The notes under the pieces were generated by a model. That model saw nothing but the letters and a program-made list of their open reading frames with translations, was not told where the DNA came from and ran no database searches. Source: a virus (lineage: Duplodnaviria; Caudoviricetes). From it: 64,000 bases of DNA. Of the stretch, positions 20,201 to 32,200 are shown one piece after another; within the stretch, counting starts at the first letter, position 1, and every line of letters starts with the position of its first letter. Made by a program: the position numbers and the translations under genes. The stretch is taken from positions 12,034-76,033 of the IMG/VR virus record IMGVR_UViG_3300012979_000036; one strand, 5' to 3'.

Positions 20201-23200
20201 TCAAATAAGAGCTCTTAATGAGTTTATGGAGAGAAATAATATTGATTTGGCTCTTTATGAATCAGGATGTAAAGTAGGTAATCAAGGTATTATTGATTTA
20301 AATTACAGTCAAGCAAGAATTAATGCTTTATACGAAGCAGGAAAATATACTTTTAATACAGGTAAAACTATTGAAATAGTTAAAAAAGAAGGAGAATCTC
20401 CTATTAAAGCTATTAAGAACACTTTAGATGGACTTGTAGTTAGAGGTAAAATTACTTCAGAAGAGTATGATGAAATATTTGAAGAATATCTTCCTTTAAC
20501 TGGTAGAGAAGTATATGAAACTCTTGAACAAGCTGTTAATGTAAATGAAGTACAAGATGCTGATTTTAACAGAGGTGAAAGACCTAATGATACTCAATAT
20601 TTCAATCCTGAAGTAGTGCACACATTCTCATATAATGATTATATGATTGCACAGCCTACTCCTGAACATTTAATGGATACTGAAACAATTTTTGGTTCAC
20701 AATTTAGAAATCTTATTATAGCAGATTTACCTATTGATTTTGAAATTGAAGTTAATGGTAATAAGTATAATAGAAAAGAAATAATTGATTTATATAATAG
20801 TTTAATTATTGATAACCTTCTTGATAGTTTTGATAAATTAAAAGAAGAATTTAAATCTATAGAAGCAGTACAACAAAAATTAAGAAGTATGGTTGAGGGT
20901 AATCCTAAGTTTGAAAAAGATATTCTTCAAGCTTTAGAGATTGTAGAAATAACTCATCCTGTTACAGGCAATAAAGTTAAAACTTTCAATATTCCTCTTA
21001 ATAATCCTAGTACTACTGAAAAGTTACAAGAACTTATTTTATCAGCATTTAAAAATGGTATAACTAAACAAAAGATTAAAGGAGGTAATGCTATTCTTTG
21101 TTCTAATGTTGGTTATACTGATGAACTTAAAAGAATTGTAGATGCAAATGGTACTTTGATAGGATATGAGTGTTATCTTCCTGCTACAAGTAAAAAATGG
21201 TTTGAACAACTACTTACTGAAGTAGAAGACGATACTGGTAATACTTATCAAATGCTTGATATAGAAAAACTTGATGATGAACTTAAAGATGCTTTAGGTT
21301 TTAGAATTTAATCGAAAGATTGGGATTCGCTTGGAAAGAAATTTCCTTGAATAATAAATTGGGTGAATTGCTGGAACATCCTTAAAAAATTGCATATTTC
21401 AAATATATTTAGTATCTTTGAATGTAAAAAGATATTAAAGTATATGGAAGAAGAATTATTTATTGTAAAATGTAGAATGGGTGAATTTCGTGATTATAGA
21501 ATTACGAAAAGTGGTAAAATGTATAGCTACAGACAAGGTGGTATTTTAAAACCATTATCTATAGTATTAGATAGTAGTGGTTATCCTATTGTAAGAATGA
21601 GAGATGATAATTATAAAACTCGTACAATAGCGGTACATAGAATTGTAGCAGATATGTTCATACCAAATCCTAATAATTTGGAATGTATTAACCATAAAGA
21701 CGAAGTTAAAACCAACAATTGTGTTGATAATCTAGAATGGTGTACAAAAGCTTATAATAATTGCTATAATGATAAAGCTGTTAAAATAGGTTTAAAATTA
21801 CGAGATTCTAATCCTAGAAAAAGAGCAGTAAATCAAATAGATGATAAAGGAAATATTTTAAACACTTTTAAATCTATTAGAGAAGCTGCGAGATTTTTAG
21901 GAGATGAAGATAGAGATTCTGCAATTTGTAATAGTTTAAAAACTGGTCAAAAGAGATATGGTTATTATTGGAAATATGCTCATATTGAGGACAATCAGCA
22001 GCCAAGCTAAACTTAGGATAAAGGAGTTTAGAAGGTTCAGAGACTAGGAGAGTGAGCCTAACAATAATCTCTCCCACGAGTGCCCAACACCTTAACGTAA
22101 AGACGAAGGTGAAGATATAGTCCGCGCTTTATGGTAACATAAAGAAGTCAGAATAAAGAGTCTGACGATAACAAACCGACCAACCGAACATAAATACAGT
22201 ATGGTTCCTTTAATTATTAAAGGATTCTTGCCTCAACAAAACGGTTCATCAATAATGGTAGCTAAAGAAATTACTACTGCTTCTGGATGTGATTTTGACG
22301 TTAAACAAGTTGATGTCATTAAACCCCTTTAACTGCTGGAAAATCTTAACAAGTAATGTTGAAGACAATCAGCAACGAAGCCCTAATGGGAACGCTCAAC
22401 GACTATCGAAAAGATAATATAGGAGAAATACCTATATGAATAACTGAGTAGAGTACACTTAAATGTGGAAATGGGGGGCAATTTACAAAGGTTAACACAA
22501 TGTAAATTGAAGATATAGTCTCATCTTTATGGAAACATAAAGTTAAGAAAATGGACAAACTCTTCTTAATGTTGTATAATTTCTATATAGGAAAAGATGG
22601 TAAAGCTCATAAAGTTGCACCTCCTAATCCTAAAGAAAAACCAACTGAAGAATGGACTAAAGAAGAAAGAGATAACATGATAATGGACATCTCCAGAGCT
22701 ATTCTTACTCATCCTGCTATGGGATGGATTAATTCAAAACCTGGTAGTTTTGATACTCTCAAAAGACAAGCTAGAAAAGCTAGAATATTAGAATCTCCTA
22801 ACATAATGACTAAGTTTTATCAAACTTATGGGATTCAATCTGGTGCTGATTTTGAAGCTAAAATTGAGAGTATGGATTTAGACGAATTAACAGATTTTGT
22901 AAATGAATATTCTGAAGAAATTAATCCATTAGAACTTACTACTTTTAAAAGATTTCATAAGCAAAATATGACTGGTGGAGCATTGATTGGTATTTATGCT
23001 AATAATACTACAATGCAAGCTAAATTTCAAGAAACATCATTAGCAATTAAAGATGCTTATACTATAACAGTTAATGGTGTAACATACAAAAGTTTATCAG
23101 ATATTTACTCTCAAGATGGCAAATTAATATCTTTTAATTGTTCTGAATCATCAGCTGCATCAGTAGATAATGTTAAAGACCCTGTACTTGCAGATTTAAT

Positions 23201-25334
23201 GCAAGATACTAATACTGCTAAAATTCTTTGTTTACTTCTTAGAACTGGTATGCCTATTAAAGATGCTTGCGCTTTCTTTAATATTCCTATGATTAGAAAT
23301 TATATTAGAAATGGTGGAGATTTAAATAAATTTGATGGGTTAGCAAAGCAAATTTTACAAGTTATTGAAGATGTATTTGCTTATAGTGATAGCAATAAAG
23401 CTAAAACTATTGCTAGCTATAAAAAAGATAATATTAACACTTCTGAAATAATTGATCATATTGCATATAGTTATTTTACACCAACAGGAGAACAAGAAAC
23501 TTTAAAAGATTTAGTTAGATATTTAATGTCAGATGCTTCTGTTGAACTTAAAAAAGAAAAAGTGGCTAAAGCTGGTTATGCAACAGAAGATGCAAAAGAA
23601 TTTTTAATAAATTATCTTAGACAAGATGCTAAATATTTAGCAGTATTTGGCAACATTGCTAAAATTTCTGAAGATTTAAGAAAACTTACTAAAGTTTCTA
23701 GAGCAGACTCTCCTAACGGTGCTATTAAACATAATATTGAAGAGGCTGTAATTCAAGTAAGAATGGTAGATTTAATTCATATTAAAGAAGAAGAATCTAC
23801 TCTTGAAGGATTAGGACAGACTCTTAAAAATGGTAGAGTTAAATTTAGCGATTCTAGAGCCAAAATGAAAACTACTTTTATGAGGAGTCCTCTTGCTAGA
23901 TTACAAGCATTTCATACATTAGGTATTGAATTACCTCTTCAAATGGTTGGTAAATATTTTGTACAAACTAATAAATGGATGCAAGAGAAAACTTTAGAAC
24001 TGTTTAATCAGTCTCCTAGTGGTGTTTTAAGCGCTAATCAATTAAAATCTTTTTATCAAGCATTAACTTATTATTATCTTACCAGTATTGCTACATTTGG
24101 TAATGATGGTATACATACTTTTGAAGAGAAAAGAGATTGGTATATTTATGAGTTTCCTAAATATTTTGTAAATCTTAGAAATGAACATCCCGAATTAAAT
24201 CAGAATTCTGTTATACAAAAACTTGAAATTGAATCAGGTAAAGTATTAATGAAGAGAGGTGGTAAACTTACTCCAACACAAAGACAAATGATTTCTAATA
24301 CCATTACAAATCTTTTGTATGGAGATGAGATGCATATTAAACTTGCTGCAGATTTAATGCTTTATAGTTTCTATACTACAGGTATGAATTTTGGACCTGA
24401 TAATTTTGGTATGTTCTTTAATGTAGATTTTTATAATCAATTTCCTGAATATGTAGATGCTCTTAGAAAGATGCAGTTTTATGTAAATGAGCACGCTAAT
24501 AATAATTTGATGCAAAATTTTATGGATCAATTTTATGCTATACATGGAACTTACTTTACAGCTCATAGAGAAGCTCCTAAAAAAGGTGTAATACCAGATC
24601 CAGAGTTGCAGTTTGAAGTTAAATCAGTACAGAATACTAATATTAAAGGTAAGCCTTGGAAATATCTTACTATTAATTATCAACTTGAAGAAGAGGAAGA
24701 AGTTGAGAAAGATGGTGAAAAAAAGAAAGTTACTAAAACTGTTAAGTATTCTAAACTTTATAAACTATCTAATGTAACTAATGAAACAGCTACTTATCAC
24801 GAAATAGGAAGTATTTATGATCCGTTTACAGGAAAAAATAGATATAATGCAGCTCTTACTGCTTCTGAATTAACTCAAATAGTTCAATCAGAAGAAACTA
24901 AAAAGAAAGCTGAAGAACAAAAGAAATATTCTTATAAACGTGGTGCTAGAAAAGCTGAAGTTGAAAGACTTAAGGATGAAAGATTAGGAGATATTAACAT
25001 GCTTAATGCTCTTGCTTTTATGGAAGGTCAAAACTTTGAAGAAATACCTGATAATTTACCTCCTGCTTATACAGGATATGAAGGTATAAATGCTGAAGAT
25101 GCTGTTAGATATTTAGAAGAAAATAATAATGAAGGAATTAATGATGATGCTGCTACAGGATCGTTTGATTTAAGTCAGTTTGAAGGAGATAATTCTGAAT
25201 TTGATGATTCTATATATGGTCAATTTGATAATATAGATTTAGAATCATTATTAGAAGGATTAGAACTTCCTGAAAATATTGAAGATTACTTACCAGAAGA
25301 AGGAAATAACCAGTTAGAAGACCCAATGTGTTAA
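17226..25334 (+). CDS. Giant virion-packaged DNA-dependent RNA polymerase, 3 exons: join(17226..21308,22180..22302,22554..25334), ~2328 aa (first junction +/-1 nt)
   Basis: Splicing gives GFRI|PTEHKYSMVPLIIKGFLPQQNG...GCDFDV|DKLF, i.e. the double-psi-barrel R-IPT and DxDxD motifs of crAss vRNAPs; upstream NATDAQG and HQNK motifs. Confidence 0.88.
21404..21444 (+). promoter_or_regulatory. -7 box (TATCTTTG, 21413-21420) in the 5' arm of a hairpin covering the HNH start
   Basis: About 16-bp stem (21404-21419 / 21428-21444, one G.U and one bulge) that reaches the A of ATG 21444. Confidence 0.65.
21444..22010 (+). CDS. Intron-encoded HNH homing endonuclease with C-terminal NUMOD1-like domain
   Basis: VHRIVADMFIPN...INHKDEVKTNNCVDNLEWCT...N; likely start ATG 21444 (the track GTG 21363 lies in the intron core). 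Confidence 0.9.
   Translation: MEEELFIVKCRMGEFRDYRITKSGKMYSYRQGGILKPLSIVLDSSGYPIVRMRDDNYKTRTIAVHRIVADMFIPNPNNLECINHKDEVKTNNCVDNLEWCTKAYNNCYNDKAVKIGLKLRDSNPRKRAVNQIDDKGNILNTFKSIREAARFLGDEDRDSAICNSLKTGQKRYGYYWKYAHIEDNQQPS
22303..22553 (+). ncRNA. ORF-less group I intron C (251 nt) inside the RNAP DxDxD motif
   Basis: Exon TGACGTT pairs with IGS GATGTCA (22312-22318, U.G at the splice site); P3 CCCCTTT/AATGGGGG; P4 TGCTGG/TCAGCA; P7 GACTA/TAGTC; ends in G22553. Confidence 0.92.
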
Positions 25335-25335
25335 T

Positions 25336-28300
25336 ATGAAATGTACTTATATACCAAGTAAAGGAGCTAATTTATTTAGGCAACTTAAAAAACAGTTTGG
25401 TTATGAATTAGCAAAAGATATATTTTTACGAGCTATAAGTCCAAGATTCATTGAAGATTTTAGGAAAACCCTCAGTTTAGATGCTGAGGGTATTCCTTCT
25501 TTTGAATCTGTAATGAATAATTCTTGGATGAAAAAATTTATAGGAGATACTCGTATTCTTGAAAGTTTAAATACCTTTAAACCATTAGAAGATACTTTAG
25601 AAAACTTTAATATTTGTTTAGAAGAAGCTTATAGATTTAATAATAATGATGATTATGATAGCTATATAGCTACTGTAGAATATACTGATACTGGAAAGAT
25701 TGTAACTAAAGTATCTCCTAAAACTACAGAAGCTGTAGAAAAGTTTAATAATCAATATGGTACATACAAACTTAATAAATCCTTAGCTAATACTTTTGAA
25801 TCTATAGGAGTTACTGTAGGAATGCTTACAGAAGCAGAAGTAAATGCTGGTAGAATTGGTAATATTGATTTTTCTAAAGCTAAAAGAATTGCTCAAGATT
25901 TTAAATCTATTATTAGAGTAGCTAATAATATGGAAGGAGCACAAGCTATTAGTGAAGAATTTTCTCATTTGGTGGTAGCATTATTTAGACAAGAACCTTT
26001 AACTGTAAGAGCTTTAAATACTTTAAAAAATAATGAAGAAGCTCTTAGAAAGGTCTTAGGAGAGGATTATCAAGATGTGTATGACTATCATAATGGTAAT
26101 TTAGAATTAATAGCAGAAGAAGCTTTAGGGCAACTTCTTCAAAAAAATTTGATTGCTCAACAAATAGAAACTGGTTATACTTCTTTTTTTAACAGAGTTA
26201 AAAATTTTATTATTAACAAGTTTAAAAATTTTAATTTATCAGATATAGATAAAGCTATTCAAGATGCTGATAATGCTATGAATAGCTTAGCTAAAAAGAT
26301 TACAACTAATACTCTAGAAGCAACTAAAGAAGATATAGAAAATATTAATAGAGACGATTCTTTTAATGCTCTTTCTAAAAGAGTTGAAAGAAATATTAAT
26401 ATTCTTAAAAATGCTATTAAAGTTGAAACTAAAAGATTTAAAATCAATACAGATGTAGATGCAGAGTCTATTAAACTTCTTATATCAGAACTTAGAAAAC
26501 ATAGTGGTGAAACTAGTAATACTGTAGCAGGTTTAGGTATATATGCTGAAAATGCAATAGAAAATCTTAAAGAATTATATAATGGTTTAAGTAATACTAA
26601 TGGTATGGATCTTAATGCTAGAGCTATACAATTAAGAAAAGTATTACAATATTTACAATCGTACGGTAAATTTATAGAAGAACTTACATCAGCTTATAAT
26701 GAAGAAAGAGATTTAGAAGATAATATTTTTAATATTAAAGTAACTGAAGATACTACTTTAGGAGATTTATTTGATATATTAAATGGTTTAAATACTAAAT
26801 TAAGTAATGAATTTAAAAATCAATCTGTTACTTTATTTTCTGAATTTATAGAAGGTTATATTGATAAGCTTGATATTGAAGCTAGAGAACTTATTCAAAC
26901 TGCTACTGGAGATATAGGTTTTATTGATAGGTGGCTTCAAAGTATGGAAGAATCATCTGATGTTCTTTTAAAAGTTTTTGATTTGGTTTCTAAAAAAGCT
27001 AAAGCTAAAGCACGACAATCTACTATTAAATCTATTCAAGAAATTCAAGCTTGGATGAAAAAAGCTGAAGAATTAGGATATACTGATTTTGAATGGATGT
27101 TTGAGCATAATAGCGAAGGGAATAAAACTGGTAATTATATTAGTGAAGTAAATTTAGGTGAATTTGAATATCAATTAGATCTTTTCCTAAAAAATTTGGA
27201 TGCCAAATACGGAAAAAACCCTGCTGGAGAACAAGCTAGAAAAAAGATAGCAGAAAAGAAAGCTTGGTTAGAAGCTAATTCTTTTGAGTATGCTAATAAA
27301 AGGTATCCTAAAAATGATGTTTGGAAAAACGATGAATATGTAAGTTTATCTACTGAACAAAAAACTCTTTTAAGAGAATTTAATGCTATAAAAGCTGAAC
27401 TTGATAAACTTATTCCAGAAAGTAAATTAACATCAAATTTAGCAATTCAAATTAGAAAATCTAAAGGTCAGAGATTTATAGAGTCCGCTACATCTCCTTC
27501 TCAAATATTTGAGAATATTAAAAATGGTTTTAGAAGTGAGTTTTATGATTCTGAAGATGACGATCAAATATTTGGTGCTACTGTAAGAAGAGGTCTTACA
27601 AACTTTGATGATACTGAATATATGGTTTTACCTGTACAATATACTAATAGATTAAAAAATCCTAATGAATTATCTACAGATGTTGTAGGCTCTTTAATGT
27701 CTTATGCTTTCATGTGTCATCAGTACCATGAATTAGAAAACATTATTAATCCTATGGAAATAGGTAGAACTATTGTTAAAGAAATGCGTAAAACTAAAAA
27801 AACTAGAGGTAAAAATCCTTTAGTTGAAAGAGTTGAAGCATTAGGAGATACTTACTATAATGATATTGTACATACTGAAGGTACTAATGCAATAAAGAAA
27901 CTTGATGATTTCTTTGAAAGTCAAATTTATCAAAGATATATTAAAGACGAAGGTGTTATAGGTAAATTTAATGTTGCTAAAACAGTTAATAAAGCTTTAG
28001 AATATTCTGCTATGGCTCAGTTAGGTTTTAACTGGTTAGCTAATATTGCCAATGTTGCACAAGGTATTTGTATGGCTAATATTGAAGTAGCAGCAGGTCA
28101 ATACTTTACTTTTACAGAACTTTTAAAAGCAGATAAAGAATATATTTCTTTAATGAAAGGTTTTATTCCTGAAATAGGAAGTAGAGTTAAAACTAACAAA
28201 CTTTCTTTAATAGGTGATTATTTTAATCTAAAACAAGATTTTGACAAGCAAATTAAACGTTCTAATAAAAGAAATATTCTTGAAAGATTATTTGGAAGTC

Positions 28301-29229
28301 ATATTGCTTTTTTAGGCCAAGAGGCTGGAGACCATTGGTTATACAACAGATCTGCAATTGCTCACATGATGCATTATCAAATTAAAATTAATGGTGTTCA
28401 AATGAGTGTTTGGGATGCTATACAAATACAAGATGCTAAAGTAGGTCAAGGTATTAAAGAAGTACATATGGATGAAGCTTATAATTTAGATGGTACTAAA
28501 TTTGATAAAGACATTTTTGGTATGCAAATTGCTACAATAAACCATAATTTATTTGGTATTTATAATACCGAGGATGCTAATGCTGCTAACAGAATTGCTT
28601 TAGGTAGAATGTTAATTCAATATAGAAAGTGGATGGTACCTCTTTACAAAAGAAGATTCGGCGCTGAATCTGTAGATATAACTACTGGAGAAAAATATAG
28701 AGGTTATTATAGAACTCTTATTAAAGTTATACAAGAGCTTAGAAGAGGGGAGATTCAATTTAATATGCTTAAAGATCAATTATCTGCAAGAGATTTGCAA
28801 GATATAAAAAGAGCCGTATTTGAAATTGCTCAGTTCTTAGCAGCTTGGGGAGCATCAGAATTTATTGCTTGGCCAGATGATAAAGATAGACCTTGGGCTT
28901 TAAAGTTAGGAGAATACGCATCTCACAGATTGGCTCATGAGTTGGGAGGATTAACTCCTTCTCCAGCAATGATTAATGAGACTTTAAAGACTGTTAAAAC
29001 TCCAATTGCAATGTTGTCAGCTATACAAAATACAGCTAATTTAGCTACAAGTTTATTAGATCCTAGAGATTATATAGATGAAATACAAAGTGGTCCTTAT
29101 AAAGGAATGAGTACTTTAGAAAGAAATTTTGTTAAAGCCCCATTACCAGGAATCGCACAATATAGACAAATTGATAAGTTTGTAGGAGATTTAGATAATA
29201 GTATTATGTATTATTTAAGACCGTATTAA
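25336..29229 (+). CDS. Large virion (cargo/ejection) protein with a degenerate zincin-like region
   Basis: 1297 aa directly after the vRNAP; SEEFSHLVV...AEEALG resembles an inactivated HExxH domain. Confidence 0.7.
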   Translation: MKCTYIPSKGANLFRQLKKQFGYELAKDIFLRAISPRFIEDFRKTLSLDAEGIPSFESVMNNSWMKKFIGDTRILESLNTFKPLEDTLENFNICLEEAYRFNNNDDYDSYIATVEYTDTGKIVTKVSPKTTEAVEKFNNQYGTYKLNKSLANTFESIGVTVGMLTEAEVNAGRIGNIDFSKAKRIAQDFKSIIRVANNMEGAQAISEEFSHLVVALFRQEPLTVRALNTLKNNEEALRKVLGEDYQDVYDYHNGNLELIAEEALGQLLQKNLIAQQIETGYTSFFNRVKNFIINKFKNFNLSDIDKAIQDADNAMNSLAKKITTNTLEATKEDIENINRDDSFNALSKRVERNINILKNAIKVETKRFKINTDVDAESIKLLISELRKHSGETSNTVAGLGIYAENAIENLKELYNGLSNTNGMDLNARAIQLRKVLQYLQSYGKFIEELTSAYNEERDLEDNIFNIKVTEDTTLGDLFDILNGLNTKLSNEFKNQSVTLFSEFIEGYIDKLDIEARELIQTATGDIGFIDRWLQSMEESSDVLLKVFDLVSKKAKAKARQSTIKSIQEIQAWMKKAEELGYTDFEWMFEHNSEGNKTGNYISEVNLGEFEYQLDLFLKNLDAKYGKNPAGEQARKKIAEKKAWLEANSFEYANKRYPKNDVWKNDEYVSLSTEQKTLLREFNAIKAELDKLIPESKLTSNLAIQIRKSKGQRFIESATSPSQIFENIKNGFRSEFYDSEDDDQIFGATVRRGLTNFDDTEYMVLPVQYTNRLKNPNELSTDVVGSLMSYAFMCHQYHELENIINPMEIGRTIVKEMRKTKKTRGKNPLVERVEALGDTYYNDIVHTEGTNAIKKLDDFFESQIYQRYIKDEGVIGKFNVAKTVNKALEYSAMAQLGFNWLANIANVAQGICMANIEVAAGQYFTFTELLKADKEYISLMKGFIPEIGSRVKTNKLSLIGDYFNLKQDFDKQIKRSNKRNILERLFGSHIAFLGQEAGDHWLYNRSAIAHMMHYQIKINGVQMSVWDAIQIQDAKVGQGIKEVHMDEAYNLDGTKFDKDIFGMQIATINHNLFGIYNTEDANAANRIALGRMLIQYRKWMVPLYKRRFGAESVDITTGEKYRGYYRTLIKVIQELRRGEIQFNMLKDQLSARDLQDIKRAVFEIAQFLAAWGASEFIAWPDDKDRPWALKLGEYASHRLAHELGGLTPSPAMINETLKTVKTPIAMLSAIQNTANLATSLLDPRDYIDEIQSGPYKGMSTLERNFVKAPLPGIAQYRQIDKFVGDLDNSIMYYLRPY

Positions 29230-29235
29230 AAAATT

Positions 29236-29276
29236 TAAGGGATAGTGAAATTAATCACTATCCCTTATTTTTTTTT
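29236..29276. terminator. Bidirectional intrinsic terminator between the convergent gene arms
   Basis: TAAGGGATAGTGA/TCACTATCCCTTA 13-bp stem, with a T-tract on the right and an A-rich stretch on the left. Confidence 0.85.
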
Positions 29277-32200
29277 ATTTACAATGTAAAATTGCGTCTT
29301 TAACTTTATTTTGAAGCTTATCCCATTGTTCCCTAGAAATACCAGTAGAATCTACATATTGTTTATCTTCTAAAGATAAATAAGCATAATTAGATTTATA
29401 CTCATGATATTCATTAATCTCATCAAAGTCATCCATATCTCTTTCTTGCCACTCTAAAGCTGCTTCAGAAATGCGTTGTTCTCTTGTAAGATTAGGTCTA
29501 TATACATTATATTCTCTTTCAGATGATGTTTCAATTATGTGAGAATCTTCTCCTTTTCGTTTAGATCTAATAATCTTATTAAGTTCAGAAGTCTTAGGTA
29601 CTATTCTATGAGTATCTCTTTCATTTCGATGTTTAACATCTTTGAGTACTCCTAATCGCCAAGCCTTCATTAAAATAGGATCTGAAGAAACATAATCTAC
29701 TAAAGCAGTACTATTTTTGTGTATTTCTTTAAATTGTTTAGAACTCAAATAATTCTTTATTTCTAGTAACTCTTCTAAAGAATAGTTTGTTAAATTTACT
29801 TCCTTATTCCTATCTACTTCAGTTTCAGCGATTTTTCTATCAGCATAATAACCTTGTGATATATCATAATAAAGTTTATTTATAATAGGTTCTTTACCTT
29901 TAGCAGATTGTATATAATGTTTAATTCTTCTAAAGAACTTAATAATATTACCACCAAATCCTTGTTCTACTTGAATGTATTTTCTAAATCCTTCAGCAAG
30001 TTTCTCTTCTGCAGCAATATCACTTGTAACACCAAAAAGTTGTTTACCTTCATTTAATAAATCTAATAATTCAGATTCACTTAAAAGAGTATTAACTACA
30101 GCATGGAATGCTTCGTGATATACTGTGCCTTCAGCAGCTATATCTGAAAGAATTATATGACCATTAACAAACTTACCAAAAGCTCTATCAGAGTTAACAC
30201 CGTTAACAATTTTAATAAGACCTTCAACTAATTGAACTCTATCTTTGAATTGAGGTAAAGCAGATTCTAACCATTTAAGTTCTTTATCTCTATCAAATAC
30301 TTTATATTCATCAACAGCTTCTCTATTTCTATCAACTCCTATAATATCATTAGGGTTCTTTTTAAACTGTTCTGTTTTACTATCAAAAGATTGTTCAAGC
30401 TTTTGCATTGCTTGTCTAGCAACCATAGGATTAATATTTAAAATAATTTGGAGCTGTTCTTCTTCTAAGAACTCAACCATTTTTTGTTTCTTAGGGGTAT
30501 TTAACATTCCTTTTGATTTAAGAGATGCTATTAATTCTGATTTAGAAACCTGTTGTTTTTCTTGAATATTAGAAGATGTATTAAGTATAGTACCTAATTT
30601 GTTATAGAAAATATCATTTATTTTTGAAGTATCCTGTATTAAAGTTTCAACTTCTCTTTTTTGTTTTTCTGTTAAATTATACTTAAACCATACTGTAGTG
30701 TTATCATCTCCTCTACCTCCCATTATAGATTTTTTAAAATAAATTAATCCATTATATTTTCCCCAACCGTCTTCAGAAGTCCTTATATCTCCTATCGCTG
30801 TACTCCAAGATTGTGTTTCTAATAAAGTAGAAAAACCTTGATATGTTACAGCAATTTGAATATGATCTTCTGGTTTTTGAGGATTAAATGAAGGTGTATT
30901 TTCATATACTTCTCCAGTTGCAAGATTGTGATTAGGCAATGCTTCTTGTGCAGGTTCACCATATAATAAAGTAGGTACTTTTTCTTCTTTGGGTATATAG
31001 TTCTTTTTAACAGGATCATACATACCCCATTCAGTATTATAAGGCTTAGTCATATCTTCGCCTTTAATAATACCCCAAGCATAACCTAAGAATTTAAGAG
31101 TGTTTTCTCCTTTATTATAAGCTTTACCTGTTTCATCTGTAACATTCCATTGTTCATCAACAAAGAATGTTTTTCCACCATAGTCTATAGCTGTTTTAGT
31201 AACTACAGTAGGTTGAGATGTATTAGTAGTAGGATTAATACCTGTAGTTTTAATTTTATTTGCCTTTTGTACAGTTCCGTCAGGAGATACAGGAGCTATT
31301 GTAAACCAGTTATTAGTTGTAGTAACATAACCAGGTTCCACATTAGTATTAGCAATTTCACCTATTACAGAATTATAATCTAAATTACCGATTTTTTTAT
31401 TAAGGTACTTTCTATTAATTCTAAATGGAATTTGATGTTTAAACATCTCATTCTTTAGTTTATTAATAAACTCTGGATCATTAGGATCTAATTCTATGGT
31501 AAATAAAGCAGCTTTGCCTTTTTCAGGAACATAACTAATTTTAATAAAAGTACGCTGTTCTTTTGTAGAAATACCAGATTGTAATTCTGCGTTAGTAGCG
31601 GTTTCAATATATTTACTAGTTCTATTAATATGAAAAGAAGTTTTAAGTTTGCCATCATCTCCTCTCCAAGCATTTCCTAAATGTTCTGCTAATCTTTTAG
31701 CTACTGAAGAAGCTGCTTGAGAACTATCTACAATTCTAATATCTTCTAAAATGTTATCAATTATACTTCCTAAAGTAGATTTAGCTGTTCCTCTATCATA
31801 TCTAGGCATTGCAAATGGTACAGGCATAAAAGCTCTTTTAGGATTATTAGTAGGTATAAGAAGATATGGCTGTCCTTTTTTACCTTTTAAAGGAGTTATA
31901 GCACTATCACCTATAGGATCAATACCTTTTTTACCTCCTGATTCTGAAGTAGTAGTAAGTTTATATTTACCAGCTTTATCTGCTACAACAACCGCAATCT
32001 TATAAGGCAATTGTTTAGTTGCTCCTTCAGAAGTAGTTACTGTAAATATTTCATTTAATGAATGTCTAGTATCGGAGTACTCTACTTTACCTACCATTAA
32101 TTGAGACACTTCAGATTTATATTTTTGAGAAGTAAACAATCCTGTATTACCAGCATTCACCCAATCTGTATATTCTTGTTTAATAGCATTAATAGTTTCA

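Larger units (their letters stand above)
21308..22179 (+). mobile_element. Group I intron B with HNH ORF (boundaries 21308..22178 or 21309..22179)
   Basis: P1 hairpin TAATC-GAAA-GATTG extended by GAATT/GATTC; P3 TTGGGTG/TGCCCAA; P4 TGCTGG/TCAGCA; P7 GACTA/TAGTC; ORF looped out of the P5 region. Confidence 0.9.

Noticed and set aside
21363-21443. Track start (GTG 21363) for the HNH ORF
   Set aside because: These codons are the intron P3/P4 core and lie upstream of the internal promoter; ATG 21444 is the plausible start.
22551-25334. Independent 927-aa gene starting MDKLF
   Set aside because: The ATG is the last 3 nt of intron C; the frame is exon 3 of the RNAP.
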